From positions 1,855-65,854 of the forward strand of contig JAQVBZ010000004.1 of assembly GCA_028690055.1 (NCBI GenBank): a stretch of 64,000 bases of DNA. Direction: 5' to 3'. Position 1 is the first letter of the stretch; each line of letters opens with the position of its first letter. The position numbers and the translations under genes are program-made. The DNA is from Minisyncoccota bacterium (GTDB taxonomy: Bacteria; Patescibacteriota; Minisyncoccia; JAHIHE01; JAGLIN01). Shown here piece by piece: positions 1 to 9,643 of the stretch. Under the pieces are notes generated by a model. That model was not told the DNA's origin. It did no database searches and was given only the letters and a program-made list of their open reading frames with translations.

Positions 1-45
1 ATTCCTCACAACGGATGCCGCCCACCAAAGGCACGCCGCGTATAG
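1..45 (+). CDS. rpsK: 30S ribosomal protein S11, C-terminal fragment (window edge)
   Basis: Frame 1 reads IPHNGCRPPKARRV-stop, the conserved S11 C-terminus, directly before rpsD. Confidence 0.95.
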   Translation: MPHNGCRPPKARRV

Positions 46-76
46 CATTTTCGTAATTTATAAATAAGCAATCATT

Positions 77-703
77 ATGGCCAGAATTACAAGCCCACAA
101 TGCAAACAATGCCGACGTGAAGGCAAGAAGCTCTTCCTCAAGGGGGAACGCTGCTACTCGGTCAAATGTGGCATCGCCCGCCGAGCCTACGCTCCGGGAC
201 AACACGGACAGGACAGAAGGATGAGAGTTTCGGAATATTGCATGCAGCTCAGAGAAAAGCAAAAACTCAAGAGAATCTACGGATTGATGGAAAAGCAATT
301 CCGAAAATATTATGACGAAGCCACTCGTATGAAGGGCAATACCGGCAGTCTGTTGGTAGTCACTTTGGAGAGAAGACTTGATAATGTTATCTACCGCACC
401 GGACTCGGATCGTCCCGCAGACTCGCCAGACAGCTGGTCAATCACGGACACTTCAAAGTCAATGGTACGCGCGTAAACATTCCTTCTTTTATGGTAAAAG
501 AAGGTGACGTAATCACTGTAAAAAAAGAAACTTCCACATATTTCAAGAACGTTCGCGAGACCCTGGGTGGCGGACAGATTCCTTCTTGGATAAACTTCGA
601 TGAGAAGAAACTGGAAGTTAAAATCAATGCTATGCCGAGCGAGAAAGAGGCTGAGCTTGATGTTAACATCAACCAAGTAGTTGAATATTATTCCAAGATT
701 TAG
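77..703 (+). CDS. rpsD: 30S ribosomal protein S4 (Zn-binding type)
   Basis: CKQCRREG, QLREKQK, LERRLDNV motifs. Confidence 0.99.
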   Translation: MARITSPQCKQCRREGKKLFLKGERCYSVKCGIARRAYAPGQHGQDRRMRVSEYCMQLREKQKLKRIYGLMEKQFRKYYDEATRMKGNTGSLLVVTLERRLDNVIYRTGLGSSRRLARQLVNHGHFKVNGTRVNIPSFMVKEGDVITVKKETSTYFKNVRETLGGGQIPSWINFDEKKLEVKINAMPSEKEAELDVNINQVVEYYSKI

Positions 704-744
704 TGCTGATTGCACTTTTAAGATCTATCTAACTAACAAAAATT

Positions 745-1752
745 ATGCAACAAATCACATTGCCGGAAAGACCGATCATCACCAAGCAGGATGGAAACTA
801 TGCTGTTTTCGAAATCCGAGCTTGCTATCCGGGCTATGGAATGACTTTGGGCAACTCTCTGCGCAGAGTGCTCCTTTCCAGTTTGCAGGGTGCGGCTATC
901 ACAGCCGTGAAAATCTCGGGGGTGAACCACGAATTTTCTGCTATCCCGGGTGTACTGGAAGATGCGGTGGAGATTATGCTTAATTTGAAGAAAGTTAGGT
1001 TCAAGATGTTTTCCGATGAACCGGTCAAGCTCACTTTGAAAGCCAACAAAGAAGGCAAGGTGACTGCGGGCGACATTGCCAAAGCGGACAACGTGGAAGT
1101 GGTAAACAAAGACGCGCATATCGCGACCATCACTGACAAGAAAGTCGTTCTGGAAATGGAATTCCGCATCGAAAGAGGCGTGGGCTACGTTCCGGTCGAG
1201 CAGCAAGACAATGATAAGGCGGACATCGGTACTATTGGCGTAGATGCCATCTTCACCCCGATCAAGAGTGTGAATTACAAGGTGGAGAATATGCGTGTGG
1301 GTAAGATGACCAACTACGACCGTCTCACTCTAGAAATAGAAACTGATGGCAGCCGGACTCCAGAAGAAGCTTTCAGCGAAGCGGTGGTGCTGATGATGCA
1401 GCACTTCGACCTTTTCGGTGAATTCGCCCAGATCAAAGAAGATACGGCGAAAGCGGCAGAGACTGCTTTTATCGAGGAGGCCAAAGAAGACAACCGCAAC
1501 GAGAGTAAGCAGGTAGAGAAGTTGGAAGCCATCGCCGAAGAGAAGAAACAGGATGTTCTCAAAACACCGTTGGACGAATTCAACATTTCAAGTCGCGTAC
1601 TTAAGGTACTGGCCGAGAATAAAATCAAAACTGTCGGCAAGGTAGTGAGCAAGACTGAAGAGGACTTGAGTAACCTGCCGGGTATGGGAGACAAGGGAAT
1701 CAAGGAAATCAAGAAAGCGATCGGCAAAATGGGGCTGACACTGAAGAAATAA
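745..1752 (+). CDS. rpoA: RNA polymerase alpha subunit
   Basis: GYGMTLGNSLRRVLLSSL, HEFSAIPGVLED, alpha-CTD HhH after an acidic linker. Confidence 0.99.
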   Translation: MQQITLPERPIITKQDGNYAVFEIRACYPGYGMTLGNSLRRVLLSSLQGAAITAVKISGVNHEFSAIPGVLEDAVEIMLNLKKVRFKMFSDEPVKLTLKANKEGKVTAGDIAKADNVEVVNKDAHIATITDKKVVLEMEFRIERGVGYVPVEQQDNDKADIGTIGVDAIFTPIKSVNYKVENMRVGKMTNYDRLTLEIETDGSRTPEEAFSEAVVLMMQHFDLFGEFAQIKEDTAKAAETAFIEEAKEDNRNESKQVEKLEAIAEEKKQDVLKTPLDEFNISSRVLKVLAENKIKTVGKVVSKTEEDLSNLPGMGDKGIKEIKKAIGKMGLTLKK

Positions 1753-1784
1753 CATTTACCAAATTTTAGAGTTAAATAAGAGAT

Positions 1785-2132
1785 ATGAACCATCAAGTTA
1801 AAGGCAGAAAATTCAAGCGAGACCACGCCCAGAGAAAAGCTCTGATGAAGCACTTGTCTGAGTCGCTCATTCTGCAAGGAAGAATCCAGACCACTACAGC
1901 TAAGGCAAAGGAATTGGCTCCGTACGTAGCCAAGCTCGTCACCAGAGCCAAGAAGCAGGATCTCCTCGCTTCCAAGATTGTCCACGGGATGCTTGCTGAC
2001 GAACCGGCTAAGAAATTGCTCGGAGAAATCGCCAAGAAATTCGAGAATCAGCCAGGCGGCTATACTCGCATCATCAAAGTGGGAACCAGAAACCACGACG
2101 CGGCGCAGATGTCCATTATTGAATTCATCTAA
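1785..2132 (+). CDS. rplQ: 50S ribosomal protein L17
   Basis: IQTTTAKAKEL, GGYTRIIK. Confidence 0.98.
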   Translation: MNHQVKGRKFKRDHAQRKALMKHLSESLILQGRIQTTTAKAKELAPYVAKLVTRAKKQDLLASKIVHGMLADEPAKKLLGEIAKKFENQPGGYTRIIKVGTRNHDAAQMSIIEFI

Positions 2133-2160
2133 AGGCTATTATTAATATTTTTCAAGAATT

Positions 2161-2565
2161 ATGAATCAGAATACTAAAATAGAACGCAATTGGCACGTCT
2201 TTGACGCCAGCGACGAGAACTTCGGCCGGATGTCTACCAAGATCGCCACACTGCTTCGCGGCAAGAACAAGGCCACCTGGACCCCTCACATCGACGGGGG
2301 AGACAGCGTCGTTATTATCAATACCGACAAGGTGAAATTCTCCGGCAAGAAGGGTACTGACAAGATTTATTACCACCACAGTGGATACTTGGGTGGAATG
2401 AAAGAAATCGCGCTCCAGGACCAAATCATCAAAGACTCACGCGAAGTCATCCGCTCTGCGGTTTTCGGAATGCTTCCGAAGAACAAGCTCCGCAACGAAA
2501 TGATGAAGAGGATGCACATCTACAAAGATGCAGAGCACCCTTACGCTGATAAACTAGCCAAGTAA
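2161..2565 (+). CDS. rplM: 50S ribosomal protein L13
   Basis: LRGKNK..WTPHIDGGD, YYHHSGYLGG, GMLPKN. Confidence 0.98.
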   Translation: MNQNTKIERNWHVFDASDENFGRMSTKIATLLRGKNKATWTPHIDGGDSVVIINTDKVKFSGKKGTDKIYYHHSGYLGGMKEIALQDQIIKDSREVIRSAVFGMLPKNKLRNEMMKRMHIYKDAEHPYADKLAK

Positions 2566-2586
2566 TTTTTTATAATCTAATTTGAT

Positions 2587-2997
2587 ATGGTAAACGAAAA
2601 AGGAAAATATTTTTACGCCGTCGGCCGAAGAAAAACTGCGGTTGCCAAAGTGCGCGTATACGAAAAGGGAGAAAAGCCGGGCATTGTCGTCAATGACAAG
2701 GATCTGACTTCATTCTTTGCCGAGAACAAGACCTTGATCGAGAAAGTGAATTCTCCTTTCAACGTCGTTGAACTCCAAGACAAATATACCGTCACGGTAA
2801 AAGTCTTGGGCGGAGGTATCACCGGACAGGCCGAAGCCATCCGTTTGGGCATTTCAAGAGCATTGCTTCTCATCGATGAAGAGTACAAGCATGTTCTCAA
2901 GGCGCACGGCTATCTGACTCGTGACCCGCGCGAAGTGGAACGCAAGAAACCGGGACTCAAAAAAGCCCGTCGAGCTCCACAGTGGAAGAAACGTTAA
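2587..2997 (+). CDS. rpsI: 30S ribosomal protein S9
   Basis: GRRKTAVA, LTRDPREVERKKPGLKKARRAPQWKKR. Confidence 0.98.
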   Translation: MVNEKGKYFYAVGRRKTAVAKVRVYEKGEKPGIVVNDKDLTSFFAENKTLIEKVNSPFNVVELQDKYTVTVKVLGGGITGQAEAIRLGISRALLLIDEEYKHVLKAHGYLTRDPREVERKKPGLKKARRAPQWKKR

Positions 2998-3032
2998 TCG
3001 TTTCAATCGGTTCAAACAAATATCTCTATGCA

Positions 3033-3064
3033 AAAAACACACCCAAGTGGTCGGGTGTGTTTTT
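3033..3064 (+). terminator. Intrinsic terminator after rpsI
   Basis: AAAAACACACCC-N8-GGGTGTGTTTTT hairpin with T tract. Confidence 0.8.
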
Positions 3065-3097
3065 ATTATAGTCAAAAATCACCTACCACACCCCTCT

Positions 3098-3322
3098 TTG
3101 TCATTCTGAGCCAGACAAAACCGGACTACGATCCGGTACTGGAATGACAAACAGGGAAAGTTTATCTACGTAAATATCGAAATTATCATTTTTTTGTCAT
3201 TCCGGCCTTAGGAGGATACCTACCTTACAGTTAAGCTATACCATATAGGTAAGATGGCAGTATTATAGGGATTCTTCTACTCCGCTACCGCCCTCGACAA
3301 GGGCAAGGGCTCAGAATGACAA
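3098..3322. repeat. Two adjacent GTCA-tagged palindromic elements (3098-3150, 3194-3322)
   Basis: TTGTCATTCTGAGCC at 3098 is the exact reverse complement of GGCTCAGAATGACAA at 3308; inner GGAATGACAA (3141) and TTGTCATTCC (3194). Confidence 0.8.
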
Positions 3323-3405
3323 AATATTATTTTTATCGCAAAATAGAAGCTTATTGCTTCATTCAGGTAATTTTGATATTCGCGTTTTATCTATTTTTAT
3401 CTATA

Positions 3406-3433
3406 TTGACAAAAGCGAAATTTGTGATACTAT
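3406..3433 (+). promoter_or_regulatory. Sigma70-type promoter for the 3467 orphan
   Basis: TTGACA-16 bp-TACTAT with TG extended -10. Confidence 0.65.
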
Positions 3434-3466
3434 ATGCTAAGAAGGAAAAATTGGAGATGAAAGATA

Positions 3467-3739
3467 ATGGAAAAAGGAAAACATCCAGGATTGATAAAAA
3501 TCCGTAATGATTTTGAGGCGGCAGAAAAGATAGAACCAGAAGAAATAGCTGGAGCGCTTATCGAGGAATTTGGTTTGCCATTTGTAGGTAGTAGGCAGAT
3601 AACCACTGCACGGGCAAAAGAATTGTGCTCTCAGGACGAAGAGGGGTTTATAGTCCTCTATAAAGACATTCCTGGGGCGCGGGAGGTTATTGATACGCTA
3701 AAAAGAAGAAAAAGTGATATCGTATGGGGGGGCTTATGA
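3467..3739 (+). CDS. Hypothetical protein (90 aa orphan cassette)
   Basis: Own promoter, GGAG upstream, hairpin terminator overlapping the stop (TATGAAATCAT..ATGATTTCATA). Confidence 0.65.
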   Translation: MEKGKHPGLIKIRNDFEAAEKIEPEEIAGALIEEFGLPFVGSRQITTARAKELCSQDEEGFIVLYKDIPGAREVIDTLKRRKSDIVWGGL

Positions 3740-3787
3740 AATCATAGTATATGATTTCATACCCCTTCTTTTTTATTGTCTCCCTAC

Positions 3788-3870
3788 AGAAACGTCGATT
3801 CATCGCGTACAATTTTTCTAATAAAATCGTCTATCGCGCATTCTGAGACGCGATAAATCGACGTTTCTAC
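3788..3870. repeat. GTAG-type REP doublet (GTAGAAACGTCGATTTATCGCGT)
   Basis: 3788-3808 and 3848-3868 are inverted copies with one mismatch; related single copy at 25074-25098. Confidence 0.7.
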
Positions 3871-3921
3871 AAAACAATCTTTGGCGACCCCGTCGCATCT
3901 AATTCTCGCTTCCCCTCCGTA

Positions 3922-4092
3922 TGTCATTCCCGTGGAGGCGGGAATCCAGAGTAGAAACTGCAAAATAGCCGTAGAATAAAGAAAATATACAGGAGAATTC
4001 AAACGGCTAAGGTGTTTTGGTAAGGTATTTCGGTATTGAAACATTAAATTCCTTATGGAACTTATCCTCGCGGAGCAAGGCCGGGAATGACA
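3922..4092. repeat. GTCA-tagged REPIN (TGTCATTCCCGTGGAGGCGGGAATCC...CGGGAATGACA)
   Basis: 11-bp terminal inverted repeat; left cap has the ATTCCC-N8-GGGAAT form. Confidence 0.8.
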
Positions 4093-4187
4093 CAAATAGA
4101 ACGGGAGGGGGTTTCGATCGCTACAATTTTAACAAATTATTATTTTTGTGATATTATGTAAGAAAAGAAACATAGGAGTGATTGACA

Positions 4188-4487
4188 ATGGAAAACACAC
4201 CCGAGACACCCCATCTTGTAGATGCTTTTCATATAGATTCTCCGAGACTGTTGGTGGAATTGACCAACGCAATACCCGGTGGTGAAGAGCTGACCATGGA
4301 AAAAGCAGACGAGTTGCTTCATCAAAAAAAATATAGAATAGATGAAGTCAATGGCAAAATTATAAGGGTCCATTTTTGCGGAATGATAGACCCAAGTGGT
4401 TACAATGCGGAACACGGCGAAGGCGCCGTAGAAAGAATCGTTGATGCGATACAAAACCCCATATGGGAGAGATTGCCCTACTGTTAG
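4188..4487 (+). CDS. Hypothetical protein (99 aa orphan cassette)
   Basis: AGGAG SD, TG-extended -10 at 4149-4157, hairpin plus T tract after the stop. Confidence 0.65.
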   Translation: MENTPETPHLVDAFHIDSPRLLVELTNAIPGGEELTMEKADELLHQKKYRIDEVNGKIIRVHFCGMIDPSGYNAEHGEGAVERIVDAIQNPIWERLPYC

Positions 4488-4587
4488 GTGCTAAGATCTC
4501 CTATTTTTTTATCGCGAAATAATTTACCTACAAAACAAAATCGCGAAATCTCGTGAGGGGTTGAAGACTGATAAGCCGTTTTAAATA

Positions 4588-4910
4588 TTGAATAATTTAG
4601 TAATCTATAAGGCCCAAAGCGGACAAATGGAGTTTAGCGGAGATTTTCAAAATTAAACCATCTGGGCTACGCTAGACCAGATTGCCGATGTTTTTGGATG
4701 CGATAAATCTGTCATTTCATAACATTTTAAAAATGTTTTTAAAGAAGGCGAATTGCAGAGAGAATCAGTTGTTGCAAAAAACGCAACAACTGCCAGCGAC
4801 GGTAAAATTTATCAGGTTGAATATTATAATCTGGACACCATTATTCCGTCGGGTACAGGGTCAACTCTATGCAGTCTACAAAATTTCGCCAATAGGCCAC
4901 GAAGACATAT
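4588..4910 (+). pseudogene. RhuM-family protein pseudogene
   Basis: TIWATLDQIADVF..FKEGEL..VVAKNATTASDGK.YQVEYYNLD then, after a frameshift, VGYRVNS..STKFRQ; in-frame TAA at 4654 and 4720; truncated by a repeat. Confidence 0.85.
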
Positions 4911-5117
4911 GGGACAAATATTTTCGCGCCTTAAAACCCGAATATATTATGTCGTTTCCGAATTGTAGGGGCACAATATCTTGTGCCCTTTTTATCACTA
5001 AAACCGCGAAAGATACGATGCTGACAATAAGGTTATCTTTATAAACAACCTTCGCAAACTCTTACGTATTTCCCGGATACCTCATGCGAGTACGCCTTTT
5101 TCTGGATGAGAAATTAC
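4911..5117 (-). mobile_element. Degenerate, truncated reverse copy of the ~290-bp composite element
   Basis: Colinear with the reverse complement of 27933-28225 and 46921-47210, including the GTAG REP at 4965-4989 and GTTATCTTTATAAA..TTTCCCGGA..CTCATGCGAGTACGCCTTT. Confidence 0.8.
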
Positions 5118-5298
5118 TGGGGGGCTTTAATAAAAATTTTGGTTTTCTCGCTTTACATTCCGCCGACAGGGTTTATACTATAAATGTAGGCTTTAAACGC
5201 GAAAATACCCGGGAACGGGGAATGCACCTAAGAAAACGATGATTTTACAGGGAGGCCGGGGAGAGGCGCTTTTTTAATGGGATTTATAAAAACTTTTT

Positions 5299-6753
5299 AT
5301 GTTTGAACAATCTTTTAAGAATATTGATGATATCTTACGCAAGGATGCTGGGGCGTCGAGCGAGTTGGACTATGTTGAGCAGACTTCCTGGATTCTTTTT
5401 TTGAAATATCTAGACGATCTGGAGAAGGAAAAAGAACTGGCGGCGAAACTTGCCGACCAAGAATATAAATATATTATCTCGCCTAAATACCGTTGGGAGG
5501 CGTGGGCTTGTCCCAAAGGCAAGGATGGAAAACTGGATCACAATACTGCACTTTCGGGCGATGACCTTAAGGACTTTGTGGATCGGGAGCTTTTTCCGTA
5601 TCTGAAGAAATTCTGTGAGGATGCAGTAAGCCCAGATACGATTGAATACAAGATCGGGGAAATTTTTAGTGAAATCAAAAATAAGATCCAGAGTGGATAT
5701 AATCTTCGCGAAGTTTTGAATATTATCGATGCAATGCGTTTTCGCTCTCAGCAGGAAAAGCACGAGCTTTCGCATCTCTATGAAGTCAAGATTAAGAATA
5801 TGGGCAATGCGGGACGAAACGGAGGCGAATACTATACTCCGCGTCCGCTTATCAAGACCATCGTCAAAGTGGTTGATCCCAAAATCGGGGAAACCGTCTA
5901 TGACGGCGCCGTGGGTTCAGCCGGGTTTTTGGTGGAAGCTTTTGAGCATATGAAGGAAAGTAAAAAACTTTCCACAAGCGATATGGACTTTTTGCAGATG
6001 AAAACCTTTTTTGGTAAAGAGAAAAAATCGCTGGCATACATTATCGGGATTATGAATATGATTTTGCACGGCATTGAAGCGCCTAGCATCCGCCATATGA
6101 ATACTCTTTCGGAAAATATTGCCGACTTTCAAGAAAAAGACCGCTTTGATATTGTGCTGGCGAATCCGCCATTTGGCAGCCAAGAGCGCGCGGAAGTCCA
6201 GCAAAATTTCCCCATCAAAACCGGAGAAACCGCTTTTCTTTTCCTTCAACATTTTATAAAAATACTTCGAGCCGGCGGCAGGGCGGGTGTGGTCATCAAA
6301 AACACTTTTCTTTCCAACACCGATAACGCTTCCGTTTCGCTTCGCAAGACGCTCCTCACTGAATGTAATCTCCATACCGTCCTCGACCTTCCCGGTGGCA
6401 CCTTCACCGGCGCGGGTGTGAAAACCGTGATTCTATTTTTTGAAAAAGGCAAACCCACGAAAAAAGTCTGGTTCTATCAACTCAACCTCGACCGCAATCT
6501 CGGCAAGACCAATCCGCTTAGTGAAAAGGATCTGGCTGATTTTCTGAAACTGCAAAAGACCAAAGCTGACAGTGAAAATTCTTGGACGATTGATGTCGCA
6601 GATATTGATGCGAAAACTTTTGACCTCTCGGTTAAGAATCCGAATAAAAATGGGGAAGTGGTTTTGAGAGAGCCGGGGGAGATTTTGGGGGAGATGGAAG
6701 CTTTAAATAAGGAAAGTAATGTGATTTTGTCTAAAATTAGGAAGATATGCTAG
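5299..6753 (+). CDS. hsdM: Type I R-M methyltransferase subunit
   Basis: GEYYTPR, YDGAVGSAGFL (motif I), ANPPF (motif IV). Confidence 0.95.
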   Translation: MFEQSFKNIDDILRKDAGASSELDYVEQTSWILFLKYLDDLEKEKELAAKLADQEYKYIISPKYRWEAWACPKGKDGKLDHNTALSGDDLKDFVDRELFPYLKKFCEDAVSPDTIEYKIGEIFSEIKNKIQSGYNLREVLNIIDAMRFRSQQEKHELSHLYEVKIKNMGNAGRNGGEYYTPRPLIKTIVKVVDPKIGETVYDGAVGSAGFLVEAFEHMKESKKLSTSDMDFLQMKTFFGKEKKSLAYIIGIMNMILHGIEAPSIRHMNTLSENIADFQEKDRFDIVLANPPFGSQERAEVQQNFPIKTGETAFLFLQHFIKILRAGGRAGVVIKNTFLSNTDNASVSLRKTLLTECNLHTVLDLPGGTFTGAGVKTVILFFEKGKPTKKVWFYQLNLDRNLGKTNPLSEKDLADFLKLQKTKADSENSWTIDVADIDAKTFDLSVKNPNKNGEVVLREPGEILGEMEALNKESNVILSKIRKIC

Positions 6754-6809
6754 TTTTGCTACAAGAGAACTATCGATTATTGGGCTTATACTAGGCATTC
6801 TCTTATCAT

Positions 6810-6843
6810 TTGACATTACTAGTATAGTATAATATACTAGTAA
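6810..6843 (+). promoter_or_regulatory. Promoter with overlapping palindromic operator
   Basis: TTGACA-17-TATACT; perfect 11-bp inverted repeat TTACTAGTATA-N6-TATACTAGTAA at 6816-6843. Confidence 0.7.
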
Positions 6844-6871
6844 CATACAGTTGAAGTATAATAGAATATAT

Positions 6872-8296
6872 ATGAATCAGGAACTGGTACAATATTTGCA
6901 ACAACAAATCAGAACGAGTGATGAGAGGTTGAAGCGATTTACGCACGACATAAAAGGAAAGCCATATCCTAGCCGTTTTATGTTTGTAAAATTAAAGCAA
7001 TATGTCAACGATTTTGTTAAAAAGAAATCGACCAACAGGATGGTGATTATGCCGGGCTTTAGAGGCGTGGGAAAGACTACTCTAATGGCTCAAGTGTGCG
7101 CGGAATATAAGAATATGGGATATAATACCCTTTTTCTCTCCGTTGAAGACGCTAATAATCTTTTTGATGTCGGCATCGCAGAGCTAATGTCGGCTTATGA
7201 AAGCATTTTAGGAGAAAATCTAGAAACCGTAAAAAAACCAATCTTGATTTTCCTGGACGAGATTCAGAGCGACCCCAAATGGGCGGTCACACTGAAGTCA
7301 TTGTTTGAGAAAACTTCAAATATATTTTTTTGCTGTACCGGATCTTCAGCCGTTATCTTGCAGACTACGACCAACCTAGCCCGAAGAGCTGTCTTTGAGA
7401 GAATGCCGCCAATGTGTTTTACGGAATATCAGATGGTAAAAAATGAGATATATCCTATGAACGGACTGAAAGAAAAAATCAGGCAGGCGGTATATTTTTC
7501 AAAAGACGCGGATGAAGTTTATGTCAATCTAAAAAAACTTCAGCCTTCCGTCAATCAATATTGGTCAAAGGCGAACAGGTTTGATATTCGGGAATATCTC
7601 TCTTTTGGAACTTTGCCTTTTGCCTTAATGATGCCTAGCGAGTCTGCCGTGTATGACTCCATCTCTCTCTTGCTTGATAAAATCATCAGATATGACTTGC
7701 CGACTTTAGGCAGCTTTGATACGGATACTCTTGGAAATGTAAAAAGAATGCTTTTTTCAATCGCGGAAAACGATACAACCAGTTTAAACGTCCTAGAGGA
7801 AAGATTTAAAATCAATCGTCTAACAATTTCCAATATCTTTGATGCCTTGGTAAGAGCGGAACTGCTTATTGATGTGCCGGCTTATGGATCAAATATGGGG
7901 GTTGCCAAGAAACCGCATAAATATCTTTTTATGACACCGGCAATCAGAATGTCTTTTTTCTATTTTACCGGCAGAGAGGACACTTATTTAACCAGGCAGG
8001 GGAAACTACTGGAAGATTCGGTTGGTTCGCATCTTTATAGAGAATTTATTTTGAGAAATCAAGGCGCGATTCGTTACGACAGCGCAGAGGGTGGAGCTGA
8101 TTTTATTTTACAAATACAAAATAACAAACAAATTATTATTGAAGTGGGGATGGGTAGCAAAGATAAGAAACAGATTATAAACAGCAGTAAAAAAATAAGT
8201 TCGGATTATAATCTGATTTTTTCTAATAGCGAATTAAAAGTCGATCCGGATCTGAAAATCGTGTTTGTGCCGTTGGATTATTATTTTTTGATGTAG
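6872..8296 (+). CDS. AAA+ ATPase (AAA_14) with DUF4143-like C-terminus
   Basis: Walker A GFRGVGKTT, Walker B IFLDEIQ, TGSS, PHKYLF, C-terminal ADF..IIEVG. Confidence 0.85.
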   Translation: MNQELVQYLQQQIRTSDERLKRFTHDIKGKPYPSRFMFVKLKQYVNDFVKKKSTNRMVIMPGFRGVGKTTLMAQVCAEYKNMGYNTLFLSVEDANNLFDVGIAELMSAYESILGENLETVKKPILIFLDEIQSDPKWAVTLKSLFEKTSNIFFCCTGSSAVILQTTTNLARRAVFERMPPMCFTEYQMVKNEIYPMNGLKEKIRQAVYFSKDADEVYVNLKKLQPSVNQYWSKANRFDIREYLSFGTLPFALMMPSESAVYDSISLLLDKIIRYDLPTLGSFDTDTLGNVKRMLFSIAENDTTSLNVLEERFKINRLTISNIFDALVRAELLIDVPAYGSNMGVAKKPHKYLFMTPAIRMSFFYFTGREDTYLTRQGKLLEDSVGSHLYREFILRNQGAIRYDSAEGGADFILQIQNNKQIIIEVGMGSKDKKQIINSSKKISSDYNLIFSNSELKVDPDLKIVFVPLDYYFLM

Positions 8297-8444
8297 GTTA
8301 TCTGAAAAAGGGAAGTGATTTATTAAGGACACATAGAGAGTTCACCGTAAAGCCCTTAAACTATAAAATCATTAATTTGCTTATATTGCACCAGACGCTC
8401 GATGAGCCATATACAAAGATTTAATTGGTTCCATAAATTTTATT

Positions 8445-9056
8445 ATGAGAGAGAAAATTTTGCAAAAATATAGTCGTCTCATACAAGATATAGACGACTC
8501 TTCTGAAAGACCAGGCACGTCAACAATAGTGCGTGTTGTGACTGAGGCTAAAAATTTAATAAGAAAATCCTGTGGTGAGAGTAGTGATCACTATCTAGCA
8601 ATTAAAAGATTAAGTGAAAATTTCCACAGAAACGATTCAAGCCAATATAAAGGGATAATCGAGGCGGCCTATAATGATTATAAGGATGGGTTCACAAACA
8701 TCGACTCGTTTATTAGGGCGGAAATTTTTGAGGACTTTCTTTCAATGTCAGAATATCTTCTTGAGCAAGGATATAACGCTCCGGCCGCTTCTTTGGCGGG
8801 TGGAGTATTAGAAGATTCTTTGCGAAAACTATGTGATAAACATGGCATTTTGTATCCTGAAAAAACAAAGATAAATAGCCTTAATATAGACTTGGCGAAA
8901 GCGGGTGTTTACACTGCTTTAGTGTCAAAAGAAATCATTGCGAAGGCTGATATCAGAAATAGTGCCGACCATGGTAAATTTGAAGAATTAAAAAAAGAAG
9001 ACGTTGAAGAAATGGTTAGATGGGTTCGCAGATTTATTATTGAATATTTAGGATAA
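8445..9056 (+). CDS. HEPN/DUF4145-like domain protein
   Basis: AASLAGGVLEDSLRKLC helix and RNSADH (Rx4H) motif. Confidence 0.75.
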   Translation: MREKILQKYSRLIQDIDDSSERPGTSTIVRVVTEAKNLIRKSCGESSDHYLAIKRLSENFHRNDSSQYKGIIEAAYNDYKDGFTNIDSFIRAEIFEDFLSMSEYLLEQGYNAPAASLAGGVLEDSLRKLCDKHGILYPEKTKINSLNIDLAKAGVYTALVSKEIIAKADIRNSADHGKFEELKKEDVEEMVRWVRRFIIEYLG

Positions 9057-9643
9057 TGGATGAAAAAGATCAAATAATTTTAGAAGATTCAATTCATGCT
9101 ATTTTGTCCAATATTCCAGGACTGAATATCGCTTGGGGGCTTAGCACGGCTTTATACGGATCGGCTTTGAAACTGAGGCAAAAGAAAGTCCTCGAATGGG
9201 TAGAAATGGTAAGAGATAATCCGAATATTTTTGTTACAGACTTATTGCAAAATGAGTTTTTTCAAGATGGCTTTGCCTATTCCTTGGAAAAGTATGTGGT
9301 CGAAAGAAATGAAGAAAAGAGAAAATATTTTAGGAATATTTTTCTAGGATTTTCATCTAGTAATGATATGCAAAACTTCCCGCTTGAAAAGTTTGTTCAT
9401 ACTCTTTCACAGTTGGGAAAAGTGGACGTTACTGTTTTGGGGGATGTAAATATTATGCAACAGGATAGCGAATATCAGATTTATGGGAATGAAAATCATA
9501 AATTAATTTATATATATAATTTAATAAATCTAGGTATTTTGAGCACAAGTCCAACAACTAGATACGGTCCTATTCACGCACCCTTTGTTCGGGTTTCGGC
9601 GTTTGGAGGAGAATTTATAAAATATATAAAAGATGAAAAATAG
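9056..9643 (+). CDS. Hypothetical protein, translationally coupled to the HEPN gene and hsdS
   Basis: TAATG stop/start overlap at 9054-9058; overlaps hsdS start by 11 nt; AT-rich. Confidence 0.75.
   Translation: MDEKDQIILEDSIHAILSNIPGLNIAWGLSTALYGSALKLRQKKVLEWVEMVRDNPNIFVTDLLQNEFFQDGFAYSLEKYVVERNEEKRKYFRNIFLGFSSSNDMQNFPLEKFVHTLSQLGKVDVTVLGDVNIMQQDSEYQIYGNENHKLIYIYNLINLGILSTSPTTRYGPIHAPFVRVSAFGGEFIKYIKDEK

Noticed and set aside
3331-4521. TTTTATCGC(A/G)AAATA direct repeat as att sites around two orphans
   Set aside because: 15 bp, AT-rich, one mismatch, no integrase; a similar word occurs at 12350.
4682-5044. ORFs 4682-5044 and 4753-4968
   Set aside because: Off-frame or partial readings of the RhuM pseudogene running into a repeat.
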